Origin: Candidatus Stahliibacteriota bacterium
GTDB lineage: Bacteria > Hydrothermota > UBA3073 > JACQXS01
Length of the DNA stretch: 49,488 nt
Direction of reading: 5' to 3'
NCBI GenBank assembly: GCA_016208615.1
Contig: JACQXS010000002.1
Location: 1-49,488 of the forward strand
The notes below the pieces were generated by a model. The model saw nothing but the letters and a program-made list of their open reading frames with translations. It had not been told where the DNA came from and made no database searches. A program made the position numbers and the translations under genes. Below, in pieces: positions 19,116 through 28,798 of the stretch (its first letter is position 1; each line of letters starts with the position of its first letter).

Positions 19116-21374
19116 ATGATATATCTCTATCTAATACTTACTTTAAGAGTAGGTTCAGAGGGTTATCCTCCATACATAAAAGGAAGCATTGCCTTAAACT
19201 CAAAACTCTCTACTAAATCTGGATTTGATGATTACATCACTGCGTTTGATGATTACATCACTGCGTTTGATGATTACATCACTGCGTTTGATGATTACAT
19301 CACTGCGTTTGACTCACTGAATGTGAATTTTGTAGGTAATTGGCCCTTTGGACCTGAGTGCTGGTCAATAGCTTATGATTCAGCAAGAGAAGTTGCTTTT
19401 TTATCCTCTGGTGGCGGCGTTATGTGTATGAATGTAGCTGACTCGTCTCGTCCGTTTAAGATATCAGATAAAATTCGTACCCGTGGCATAGTGCATGGGC
19501 TATTTTATAAGGACAATTTGCTTTATATTGCCGCAATGACTGGCGGTATAGAGATATGGGATGTGACTAACCCATACACTCCTATTAAAATATGCACCTA
19601 TTTTACGCCCGGTCAAGCGTATGATATTGTAGTCGCGGGTAATTATGCATATATTGCGGATTATAATTATGGATTATCTATACTTAATATTGCGACCCCT
19701 TCTAACCCACAAATAATTGGTAATTGCAATACCCCTGGCTATGCATATGGGGTTGCGGTACAAGGAAATTACGCATATATAGCGGATTGCGATTCAGGGA
19801 TAAGGGTAATTAGTATCGCTACCCCTTCCAATCCCGTAGAAATAGGCAGCATTATTACACAAGGAGTAGCCGAAGATATAGCGGTTGTAGGCAACTATGC
19901 ATATGTGGCTACATACGATGCGGGACTTACTATTATAGATATCTCTCTTGGCTCACAACCTCGTGAAATAGGGAGATACAACACAAATGGCTATGCATTA
20001 GGAGTGGATGTTTCCTTACCGTATGTATATGTAGCGGATTGTGATTCGGGAATATGTATCATAGATGTATCTACTCCTGCTATCCCACAACTTATTGGCA
20101 CTTGTAATACAGATGGCTTCGCTTTTGATATTGTAGCAGGTCAATCTATCTATGTAGCGGATGATGGATTTGGATTAAGAATTATAACGCTATCCTCTCC
20201 TCTCGTAGTCAGCTCCTATAAGGTGCCGAATTATGCCCTTGCTACGACTATACGCAATGGATACGCATATGTGGCTGAGTGGAATTCAGATTTACGAATA
20301 CTAAACATTGGGACCCCGGATAACATTTTTGAAACCGGCCGCTGGGAGAGCCCAGGATTAGGAAATGATGTTGCTGTCTCTGGTAAGTATGCGTATTTGG
20401 CTACTGCTTTTGGCGGAGTACGGATTGTTAATATTGAGAACCCTACATATCCATACTCAGAAGGCTATTTTTGTCCCCCAGGAATTGCACTCGGTATTGC
20501 CGTACGGGATACTTTTGCATATGTGTGTGTGCAGGATGCAGGACTATGGATTTACAATGTGGCAAATCCAGAAGAACCATATCAGGTATCCTTCTATGTA
20601 TCATCTGGTGAAGCTCAGTGCGTTACTCTAAATGGAAACTTGGCTTTTATGGGAGATGGACCATATGGAATGGGAATATTGGATATTGCCGACCCTACAC
20701 ATCCAATACTGAAGAGCGTACACTCTACACCGGGTAATGTGTTAGGGATAGCAGTACAGGGTGATTATGCGTATGTGGCGGATTGTGCAAAAGGATTAAG
20801 AATTATTAATGTCAACAACCCAGCACATCCTGTTGAAGTGGGATATTATGATACTCCTGGGTCAGCACAAGATGTAGTCATTGACGGAATTTATGCATTC
20901 GTGGCAGATTGTACAAAAGGATTAAGAATTATTAATGTTAGTGACCCACAAAATCCACAGGAAGTCGGTTTCTATGATACTCCCGGATATGCAGTGGATG
21001 TGGATATATATGGGAACTATATCTTTGTATCCGATAACCTTACGGGAATTCAGGTGTATAAATCACCACTTATGGAAGTAGATGACGAAAGTAAAGTTAT
21101 CCCAGCTGATATTTTTAAGGTAAAATTAGACCTTACAGAAGTAATCGTGGAGTATAATTTGACACAAAAATTAGATACTTATATTTTGGTCTATGATATT
21201 GCAGGCAAGGTAAAAGAGAGAATTGAACTCGGAATTAAGAATAAGGGAAATTATAAATTACGCATTGACCTGTCCAATTACCCTAACGGAGTATATTTTA
21301 TTAGATTTGTCGGTATGTATTACAATTTAAAGCAACCTATTATTCAAACACATAAACTTGTATGGATTAGATAG
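19116..21374 (+). CDS. LVIVD-repeat beta-propeller protein with T9SS-type CTD
   Basis: Many YAYVAD..GLRIINV..P..P.EVG.YDTPG.A repeats. C-terminal VYDIAGK..GVYFIRF..KLVWIR. Confidence 0.9.
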   Translation: MIYLYLILTLRVGSEGYPPYIKGSIALNSKLSTKSGFDDYITAFDDYITAFDDYITAFDDYITAFDSLNVNFVGNWPFGPECWSIAYDSAREVAFLSSGGGVMCMNVADSSRPFKISDKIRTRGIVHGLFYKDNLLYIAAMTGGIEIWDVTNPYTPIKICTYFTPGQAYDIVVAGNYAYIADYNYGLSILNIATPSNPQIIGNCNTPGYAYGVAVQGNYAYIADCDSGIRVISIATPSNPVEIGSIITQGVAEDIAVVGNYAYVATYDAGLTIIDISLGSQPREIGRYNTNGYALGVDVSLPYVYVADCDSGICIIDVSTPAIPQLIGTCNTDGFAFDIVAGQSIYVADDGFGLRIITLSSPLVVSSYKVPNYALATTIRNGYAYVAEWNSDLRILNIGTPDNIFETGRWESPGLGNDVAVSGKYAYLATAFGGVRIVNIENPTYPYSEGYFCPPGIALGIAVRDTFAYVCVQDAGLWIYNVANPEEPYQVSFYVSSGEAQCVTLNGNLAFMGDGPYGMGILDIADPTHPILKSVHSTPGNVLGIAVQGDYAYVADCAKGLRIINVNNPAHPVEVGYYDTPGSAQDVVIDGIYAFVADCTKGLRIINVSDPQNPQEVGFYDTPGYAVDVDIYGNYIFVSDNLTGIQVYKSPLMEVDDESKVIPADIFKVKLDLTEVIVEYNLTQKLDTYILVYDIAGKVKERIELGIKNKGNYKLRIDLSNYPNGVYFIRFVGMYYNLKQPIIQTHKLVWIR
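19224..19312. repeat. 4 x 21-bp tandem hairpin repeat, in frame (FDDYITA)
   Basis: tttgatgattacatcactgcg x4 plus tttga. Internal stem tgatg-atta-catca. Confidence 0.95.
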
Positions 21375-21405
21375 TTAATTGTAGTAAGAGCCCCACATTT
21401 TCTAC

Positions 21406-21433
21406 TTGACAGCCATCTTAAATCAATTAAACT
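21406..21433 (+). promoter_or_regulatory. sigma70-type promoter for tRNA-Ile
   Basis: TTGACA-16 nt-TAAACT. Confidence 0.65.
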
Positions 21434-21462
21434 ATTACTTATTAGTAAAAATTATTCCTTCC

Positions 21463-21536
21463 GGGCTTGTAGCTCAGGTGGCTAGAGCACCCGGCTGATA
21501 ACCGGGAGGTAGGTGGTTCGAGCCCACCCAAGCCCA
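21463..21536 (+). tRNA. tRNA-Ile(GAT), CCA not encoded
   Basis: Acceptor GGGCTTG/CAAGCCC. Anticodon arm CCCGG-CTGATAA-CCGGG (GAT at 21497-21499). T-arm GGTGG-TTCGAGC-CCACC. Confidence 0.97.
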
Positions 21537-21632
21537 TTGTATTTAAGCGTCCCATTTTGTCCTTTGATATGTAACTGCTTTGCGATTTGTTTTTAAACCT
21601 TTGAACTTGTAACTCTTAATTTCCCCGCTTTC

Positions 21633-23592
21633 CTATTTTTTTAATGCTATTAACAGACAAGTTATATCACTAAATCGTACCCCTGCTATCCTACTTGCCT
21701 GCCCTACGCTCAAAGGACGAAACCGATAAAGCTTCTCTAATGATTCACGCGAAAGTCCCTTAACGCCACTATAATCAAATCCGATAGGTATTTTATAATC
21801 CTCTAACTCCTTAACTCGTTTAACTAATGCCTCTTCCCGTTCTATGTAGCCATCATACTTTGCCTGTATCTCTATTTGTGTACGAACAGCCGAATCAAAA
21901 CGACCTACTATGCTCTCAAATGCTTGCAAATCCAATTCAGGCCGCTTTAATAAATGAAAAATAGTAGTCGGTTGACTTATAAGAGATGAATTATGAGACT
22001 CTAAAATAGAGTTTATATCTTCTGAATATACTTTATGGGATTTTAATTCTTTTAATCTATCTTGAACTTCGCTTTTTAGTTTCTCAACTCCCGCATAATA
22101 AGAATAGTCCACAAGTCCCAGTTCTACCCCATATTTCATCAACCGCTCACCTGCATTATCCTGACGAAGGATTAGCCGATGTTCCACTCGCGAAGTGAAC
22201 ATCCTATAAGGCTCGCTTATTTCCCTAGTCACAAGGTCATCTATCAAAACTCCTATATACCCTTCCTGACGACCCAACACAAATTGAACCCTTGAACCCT
22301 TGAACTTTGAGTTTTGAACTCGCAAACCCGCATTTATACCGGCAATGATTCCCTGAGCCGCAGCCTCCTCATATCCCGATGTCCCAAGCAATTGACCCGC
22401 AAACCATAAATTCTTGACCAACTTACTCTCAAGTGTCGGATAGACCTGATATGGATAGATAAAATCATACTCTATGCCATAACCGGGCTTTAGAATACTA
22501 ACCTCCTCAAGCCCAGAAATTGTATGAAGCATAGCTACTTGAACATCAAAAGGCAGAGAAGTGGACAACCCATTCAAGTAATACTCATCTATATCAAGGC
22601 GTCCGCTTATTCGTATGGGTTAGATAACAAGGCACAGCCGGCGGATTAAAATCTACCGTCCGATGCGAAAAATTGTAGGAACAAGTAGATACCTCTGTCT
22701 TCTGTCCTCTATCTTCTGTCCTCTGTCCTCTGTCTTCTGTTTTTTGTCCTCTATCTTCTGTCTCCTCTCCTACATCCGGCAATTGAGCCACACATTTGCT
22801 AAAATCTATAGTCCGTCCTTCTATACGAGGTGAAGTCCCTGTCTTCAGTCTCCCCATTTCAAAACCCAGTCCCCTTAAACTATCAGAAAGCCCAATCGAT
22901 GGTGGCTCATCCAACCTTCCTGCTGAATGATGCTCCATCCCTATATGGATTAAACCATTCAAAAAAGTGCCCGCTGTCACTATAATTACAGACCCTAAAT
23001 ATTCCTTACCACTCCGCGTCCTCACGCCCACTACCTTTTTAGGATTTGGGATTTCGGATTTTGGATTTTCCACTTTTGGGATTAGGTTTAGATATTGTTT
23101 TGTTTGGAGTTTGGGATTTGGGATTTGGAGCCTGAGGCTCATCAACCTCTGGCTGAGTTTGGGATTTGGGATTTCGGATTTTGGATTTTCTACTATTAGC
23201 TCCACTACCTCTTCCTCTTTTGTTGTCAGATTAGGAGTCCCAAAAATAGTCCCCTGCATCAATTCCATATATCTATTCCTATCTACTTGCGCCCTTAATG
23301 ACCAAACAGCAGGCCCCTTTTTAGTATTCAGCATCTTAAATCCTATACCGGTTCTATCAGTAGCATAACCGATCTCGCCCCCCAATGCATCTACTTCAAA
23401 AATTAACTGCGACTTTCCCAACCCGCCCATTGATGGATTGCAGGAAAGATGTCCTATTTTATCCAATTTCAGAGTCAACAGCAATGTATTTAACCCCATC
23501 CTGGCACAAACTAACGCCGCCTCACTTCCCGCATGCCCACCTCCTACTACTATACAATCAAACGCAGTGCCGGCGAAGTTGACATATTTCAT
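21633..23592 (-). pseudogene. mnmG: tRNA U34 modification enzyme MnmG/GidA, broken by an internal ~50-codon deletion with frameshift at ~22599
   Basis: N-part: VGGGHAGSEAA, SCNPSMGG, KGPAVWSLRAQ, RLKTGT. C-part: NGLSTSLP, GYEEAAAQG, YRMFTSRVEHRL. THTNKRT abuts LDIDEYYLNG in another frame, and GPRYCPSIEDK is absent. Confidence 0.88.
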
Positions 23593-23615
23593 CCCCTATC
23601 CCCCATTTCCTCTTC

Positions 23616-23683
23616 GAACCTTGAACCTTGAACTTTTATTTTTGTGTATTTTAGTGCTTTTGTGTTTTAGTGGCAATGTATTT
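23616..23683. repeat. 68-bp dispersed composite repeat, copy 1
   Basis: Matches 28298-28365 with 2 mismatches. Confidence 0.9.
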
Positions 23684-23875
23684 AAGTTTTGAACTTTGAA
23701 CCATCAGACCATTAGACTATCAAACTATCCCATCTCTGTCAAGCATAATTTAATAAATAGGCAAAAAACAAAAAATATACGAAAAAAAACTTGACAACGA
23801 TAAAAAATAACTTATATGATAGGTATGAAGAGTATCATCCTGTTCAAATGTTCCCGTATCAAAACTGGCAAGGAG

Positions 23876-24010
23876 ATTTGGACATTTGGATTTTGGGATT
23901 TAGGATTTTGAGCCTGAGGCTCATCTGCCTCTGGCTGAGTTTAGGATTTAGTGTCCCGCTTTCTCCGGGATCCCGCTATGGCGGGGCTTCGGATTTAGAA
24001 TTTGATTTTA
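23876..24010. repeat. Heptamer arm (TTTR orientation) with nested 30-bp and 33-bp palindromic inserts
   Basis: tttggattttgggatttaggattttg[23910-23939]tttaggatttagtg[23954-23986]cttcggatttagaatttg. Confidence 0.85.
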
Positions 24011-24014
24011 TATT

Positions 24015-24770
24015 ATGGGTAAAATAGTTACCTCAGGCCTTATTCAATCTATAAAAGGTTCAGCTGGTGAATTTACTTACTCAAGCTGGAAAGGGGTGCA
24101 AGTTTTTAAACAAAGAATGAAAAAAAGAAAAAAAATCCCTACGGAAAAGGAAATCAAAGCAAGAGAAATTTTTGCCTTCCTCGCCAATGAATGGAAAAAA
24201 TTGTCCCTTATAGAATATGCTTTATGGGAATATGAAGCGAAAAGAAAAGGTAAAACATTAAACCCAGCTACCCAAGGATTGATACATATAAGTAAAAATA
24301 GAATGATGGGCAAAAATGCTTTCATGGCGGTTAACCAAACACTCATAGCTTGTGGATTTAAGCACATCCTTTTACCGCCTAACTATCAAACGAAAAAACC
24401 ACCTGTCGTCAAAACAAATATCATAAATAATAATGCTTATGAAAAGAAAATTGAATTCAATTTATGGCTACCTCATCCTTATCATTCAAATTGTGTAGCA
24501 CAAATATGGGGTAAAAGAATGTCAAAAAACGGTTACTCGTACACCATAGCTATTATTCCCGTAAATACTGAAAAAACTAATGTCTGCATTGATAAAATTA
24601 GAACCCAAGAAAATAAAAATATCTGCGAAAAAAGAATCGCCGAATTAGAAAACTCTAAAATAGCAATTCAAATAAGAACCGTAGCAGAAAATGGACTACT
24701 TTCTATGCCCTCGCAAATTTATAAATTAGAAATCAAAAAAAATAATTCCGCTCCACTGCTTACTTCTTAA
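24015..24770 (+). CDS. Basic hypothetical protein with DUF6266-like N-terminus
   Basis: 251 aa, Lys-rich. SIKGSAGEFTYSSWKGVQV..AREIF..W..LS..W pattern recalled from that family. Confidence 0.55.
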   Translation: MGKIVTSGLIQSIKGSAGEFTYSSWKGVQVFKQRMKKRKKIPTEKEIKAREIFAFLANEWKKLSLIEYALWEYEAKRKGKTLNPATQGLIHISKNRMMGKNAFMAVNQTLIACGFKHILLPPNYQTKKPPVVKTNIINNNAYEKKIEFNLWLPHPYHSNCVAQIWGKRMSKNGYSYTIAIIPVNTEKTNVCIDKIRTQENKNICEKRIAELENSKIAIQIRTVAENGLLSMPSQIYKLEIKKNNSAPLLTS

Positions 24771-24779
24771 TCATTACCA

Positions 24780-25045
24780 CTTCTTTTTGAACTTTTTGAC
24801 TATTAGACTTCTTCCCTCTCCCTCTTAATCCTTATTGAAAATCCCGACTTGTTGACAAATCCCGTTTTGGCGGGAGCGGGACTACTTACCTTACTACTTC
24901 TTTTAGTGTTTTCGTGGCATTATATTTCATTTTCAGATGGAGGCTGATCCGCCTCTGGCGGAGAACTTTGACTTTTAAGTTTTTAGTGTCTCTTAGTGTC
25001 TTGGTGCCTTCGTGGCAATGTATTTAGGTTTTTGACTTTTAACCT
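24780..25045. repeat. Composite intergenic repeat cluster
   Basis: Nested tcccg..cggga palindromes at 24842-24881, ggaggctgatccgcctctggcgga at 24939-24962, and a ttagtgtc/cttcgtggca tract. Parallels 27040-27150. Confidence 0.8.
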
Positions 25046-25055
25046 TCTACATATC

Positions 25056-25652
25056 CTAAAAATGAAAACATAACCATGTGCTTAAAGACCCTTCAGATGA
25101 AAGACCAAAACTTATCTTGTTTTGGATATAAGATTCAGGTTCACTATGTGCATAGCTACTCTCCTTTACATAGCTCCGTGAAGCACTTAACAAAGAAGTC
25201 TTAAACCTTAAACTCCATTGATTACCAAAGAGACCAAAAAAATATTCAACCCCAGGAATAAGACTTATGCTGTATAAGTCTTCCTCATCAGAGCCACCAT
25301 ATGGATAATTCTTATTAAAACCAGGTACTAAACCAACGAAAGGTGAAAACGAGCTATGAGCACGAAAGTATTTATAAAACCCGATACCTGTAGATATATT
25401 CCATTGCTTACTTCTAGGACTCTTACCTTGCTCAATATAATAATAATGAGAGCCATCAGAAAAGGATACCTTGCCTGTTATCTCTATCCTAACTGTCTTC
25501 CACGGTCTATATGAAATTGAATAACTACTGGGAACATTGAGAATGTTACTCACCTTCACTCCTACCGTCCATTTGCCTCTTAAGTCCACAATACTCGTCG
25601 GCTCAAACTTCACTCCCATCACCAAAAAACCCATCAATATAAACATACCCAC
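25056..25652 (-). CDS. Small outer-membrane beta-barrel protein
   Basis: Hydrophobic N-terminus, alternating aromatic beta-strands (SPFVG, PGVEYFF), terminal Phe. Confidence 0.7.
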   Translation of the reverse strand: MGMFILMGFLVMGVKFEPTSIVDLRGKWTVGVKVSNILNVPSSYSISYRPWKTVRIEITGKVSFSDGSHYYYIEQGKSPRSKQWNISTGIGFYKYFRAHSSFSPFVGLVPGFNKNYPYGGSDEEDLYSISLIPGVEYFFGLFGNQWSLRFKTSLLSASRSYVKESSYAHSEPESYIQNKISFGLSSEGSLSTWLCFHF

Positions 25653-25822
25653 CCCCTCTTTTAGACATTAGTTTTTATATTTCTTCTATTCCCTTCTTAC
25701 TACTTCTTTTTAACATTTGAACCTTGAACTTTTAGACTTCCTTATTTTCTACCCTTTTTTTCTTATTCTGTCCTCTGTCTTCTGTTTTCTGTCTTCTGTC
25801 CTCTGTCTTCTGTCCTCTGTCG

Positions 25823-26944
25823 TTACTCCTCTATTATCTCCACATTTGCTCGCGGTAGGGTAATACGGGTGCCGTCATCAAGCTCTACTTCAAATACCCG
25901 GGCTGTTGAGCCAGTCCCTATAAGCTGGAGTTCCGAGGGCAAGGCGATTACTTTACCTATCTTACCAAAATAAGGTTCCCGGATAATACGAATTTTAGAC
26001 CCCGCTTCTACGCCACGGACTTCTATCTTCTCTTTTACCTCGGTCAATGCTTCCTCAATTGGCACTATTACTTCGGGCCTTAATACACCAGCCCGAATTT
26101 GGGTCGCCCCATTTATACTTGCCTTCTTACCTTCATTGGTACACAATAATTCGTAGGTCCGTTTCGCTATATCCATTTGACCAAAGCCCTCGGTTACCAC
26201 AAGAGTTAGCCCTTTTTGCTCTGCCCCAGTTATAGCAATCCCAATATCGTAGCCCAAAAAATCCTTCAACTCCTTATCTGCTATGCCGCCTACTATTATA
26301 CCTTTACAACCACACTCTACTGCTTTGTTCAATACAGCACAACTTACATATGACCCAGCAATTATTATTTTGCCCACTAATTCAGCAGTTATATCAGTAG
26401 GAGACAAGACATCTGATGGAGTAGCAGATACTCTTTTAATTATACCACTTGTTTCGCCCCCTATACCGAAGATACCTTGAACAAAGGTGCCTATTGTTTC
26501 TACTACGACACCTTCATCAGGCAAAACTTCTGTTACCTCTCCATCTATGTAGGCATTGATTTCTACAAGAGCGGGCGGATACCTTAATATAGCCTGCCCC
26601 GTTATCTTGGAAAAACTCTCAAATGTCCCTTCTATTGGAGACTTGATTATTGTTTTGAGAAAACCAAATATGCCACCTGTCTGTGCAATTACTTCGTCCT
26701 TCGCTAATGCATCACCAGGATGTTTTAGAAGATAATGCTCCACATCTTCAGGCGGGACCCCCAATAAACCTGCTAAATTTAGGGGTGCCACATCTCCTGA
26801 AAGACGAGTCCGCGCCACTACTGTATCCGCCTTTACCTTATCTCCCTTATGGACTACTACTTCGCCCTTCAAAGGAAGCCTCCTTTCTTTACTTATTCTT
26901 GCTCTTTGGGTTACTTTTAACCCAGGCGTATATGCATGTGCCAT
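25823..26944 (-). CDS. Conserved hypothetical cytoplasmic protein (barrel-sandwich-hybrid-like N-part, KOW/SH3-like C-end)
   Basis: 373-aa well-formed ORF. LPLKGEVVVHKGDKVKADTVVA, QGIFGIGGE, TEGFG, NGATQIRAGV.RPE and IRIIREPYFGKIGKV. Confidence 0.7.
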   Translation of the reverse strand: MAHAYTPGLKVTQRARISKERRLPLKGEVVVHKGDKVKADTVVARTRLSGDVAPLNLAGLLGVPPEDVEHYLLKHPGDALAKDEVIAQTGGIFGFLKTIIKSPIEGTFESFSKITGQAILRYPPALVEINAYIDGEVTEVLPDEGVVVETIGTFVQGIFGIGGETSGIIKRVSATPSDVLSPTDITAELVGKIIIAGSYVSCAVLNKAVECGCKGIIVGGIADKELKDFLGYDIGIAITGAEQKGLTLVVTEGFGQMDIAKRTYELLCTNEGKKASINGATQIRAGVLRPEVIVPIEEALTEVKEKIEVRGVEAGSKIRIIREPYFGKIGKVIALPSELQLIGTGSTARVFEVELDDGTRITLPRANVEIIEE

Positions 26945-26994
26945 AGTTTAAGTTAGAAAATTAAGTTTTTTTATTCCTGCCTTCTGTCATTTTA

Positions 26995-27240
26995 AACCTT
27001 TGAACTCTTGAACCTATTTTTTCTCCTTTTGACATTTGGATTTCATTTTCAGCCGGAGGATGATCCGCCTCTGGCGGAAAACTTTGAGCTTTGACATTTG
27101 AGTTTTTAGTGTCCCTTTGTGTCTTTGTGCCTTCGTGGCATTGTATTTGATTTTTCTCCTTTTGACATTTGGATTTCATTTTCAGCCGGAGGATGATCCG
27201 CCTCTGGCGGAAAACTTTGAGCTTTGACATTTGAACTTTC
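26995..27240. repeat. Composite repeat with 84-bp perfect direct duplication
   Basis: 27018-27101 equals 27151-27234 (TTTG arm plus agccggaggatgatccgcctctggcgg), separated by a tttgtgtc/cttcgtggca tract. Confidence 0.9.
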
Positions 27241-27254
27241 TTTACTTAAAGTCT

Positions 27255-28235
27255 TTACCATTTTAGTACCATCGCTCCCCAAGTGAACCCCGCACCAAAT
27301 CCAGCAAAAAGTATATTATCTCCTCGCTTTATTCTGCCCGTCCTATTTGCTTCATCAAGAGTCAAAGGAATTGAGGCCGCAGGTACATTACCATACTTAT
27401 GAATTACCACATATGTCTTATCCATCGATATGCACATTCGTTCACAAGTTGCCTCTACTATACGCAAATTTGCTTGATGGGGAATAAAAAGGGCAATATC
27501 ATCTATAGTAAGATCGGCTTCTTTTAACACTCGCTTTGCCGAATCCTCCATTGTCCGTATTGCGTGCTTGAAGATTTCTCTGCCTTGCATATGGACGGAG
27601 TGCAACTTTTTGTCTATGGTTTCTTGGGAAGCAGGCATCTGCGTGCCACCCGCCGGCTGGTAAAGAAGTTCTGCAAGGGAACCATCCGCTCCTAAATAAG
27701 ACGCAAGCATTCCACTATCCCCTTCACTTGCAGAAACAATTACGCTACCCGCTCCATCACCAAATAAGACACAAGTGTTACGGTCAGACCAATTGACAAT
27801 CTTAGACATTATTTCAGCACCACAAACAAGTACATTACGATATCTGCCTGTCTCTACTAATGAACTGGCTATCTCAAGTCCATATAAGAAGCCGGAACAT
27901 GCCGCACTTATATCAAAGACGGGTATTTTGGGGATTTTTAACTTCTTCTGAGCCCAACAAGCAGTGCTGGGATAAATAGTATCAGGCGAGGCAGTCGCTA
28001 CTATCATCGCATCAATATCTTTAAGCTCAAGCCCCGTATTCTCTAATGCCTTATATGTTGATTCCACTACTAAATCAGAAGTAGCTGTATCAGGGTCAGC
28101 AATATGACGCTCTTTAATACCGGTGCGCTCGGTTATCCATTCATCTGAAGTATCCATCAGCTTCTCTAAATCAAAATTAGTCAAAACTTTGGGCGGCAAA
28201 TAAGAACCAGTCCCGACAATCTTTATTGGACGCAT
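27255..28235 (-). CDS. fabH: Beta-ketoacyl-ACP synthase III
   Basis: GTGSYLP, DTSDEWITERTGI, AACSGF, LFGDGAG, PHQAN, GNVPAASIP and GFGAGFTWG motifs. Confidence 0.96.
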   Translation of the reverse strand: MRPIKIVGTGSYLPPKVLTNFDLEKLMDTSDEWITERTGIKERHIADPDTATSDLVVESTYKALENTGLELKDIDAMIVATASPDTIYPSTACWAQKKLKIPKIPVFDISAACSGFLYGLEIASSLVETGRYRNVLVCGAEIMSKIVNWSDRNTCVLFGDGAGSVIVSASEGDSGMLASYLGADGSLAELLYQPAGGTQMPASQETIDKKLHSVHMQGREIFKHAIRTMEDSAKRVLKEADLTIDDIALFIPHQANLRIVEATCERMCISMDKTYVVIHKYGNVPAASIPLTLDEANRTGRIKRGDNILFAGFGAGFTWGAMVLKW

Positions 28236-28297
28236 AAAATATAATCTATTAAAAAATAGTAGCTTGTCAAGTTAAAACAACAAGAGTTTTGAATTTT

Positions 28298-28365
28298 GAA
28301 CCTTGAACCTTGAACTTTCATTTTTGTGTATTTTAGTGCTTTTGTGTTTTAGTGGCAATATATTT
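28298..28365. repeat. 68-bp dispersed composite repeat, copy 2
   Basis: Matches 23616-23683 with 2 mismatches. Confidence 0.9.
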
Positions 28366-28455
28366 GGCTTTTGACTTTTGAATTATTTTTTATACTTGAC
28401 TTTGGTATTATTTACTACATTATAGTAAGAAGGCTCTAAAATAGAATACACGAGT

Positions 28456-28798
28456 GGGGGCGAAAGGGCTCGACAGGAGTAGTGAAATAAAGGTTGCATA
28501 CCGAGTAGCTTGTACCTCGTAAAAGCAAGCAAAAGCCATAATTGGCGAAGCTTATAGTGCAGTGGCTGCTTAGTGCAGTCCGTCTCCTAAATTCTGCCCA
28601 TAGGGTTTAGAAAAGACGACGATATATGGGATAGCTTCTCTGCTTTTGGCTGCTGGGACGAGAGGTTAAGCTTTAAGTAGCCTGGCTCCTTAAATCCTGT
28701 CTTGTGGAGTTAAAGAGTAAGATATAAAGTCAAGACTATGTATGTAGACACCTTTATTGAGTTACTTTTGGACGCGGGTTCAATTCCCGCCGCCTCCA
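28456..28798 (+). ncRNA. ssrA: tmRNA; predicted tag (A)GEAYSAVAA* at 28544-28573
   Basis: 5' GGGGGCG pairs with 3' CGCCTCC-A with a G3-U70 pair. CTCGAC near the 5' end, GACGCGGGTTCAATTCCCGC T-arm, and ataatt upstream of a short ORF ending AVAA-stop. Confidence 0.95.

Noticed and set aside
18900..19312. Palindromic 21-bp repeats as a CRISPR array
   Set aside because: Units are head-to-tail with no unique spacers, and no cas genes are in the window.
22590..22600. TGA in mnmG as selenocysteine/readthrough or a programmed frameshift
   Set aside because: The downstream part is in another frame and ~50 conserved codons are missing, so recoding could not restore the protein.
26961..27230. 89-aa ORF (also 23791-24027, 31940-32179, 35362-35640)
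   Set aside because: These are translations of repeat arms and palindromes, with no RBS or protein-like content.
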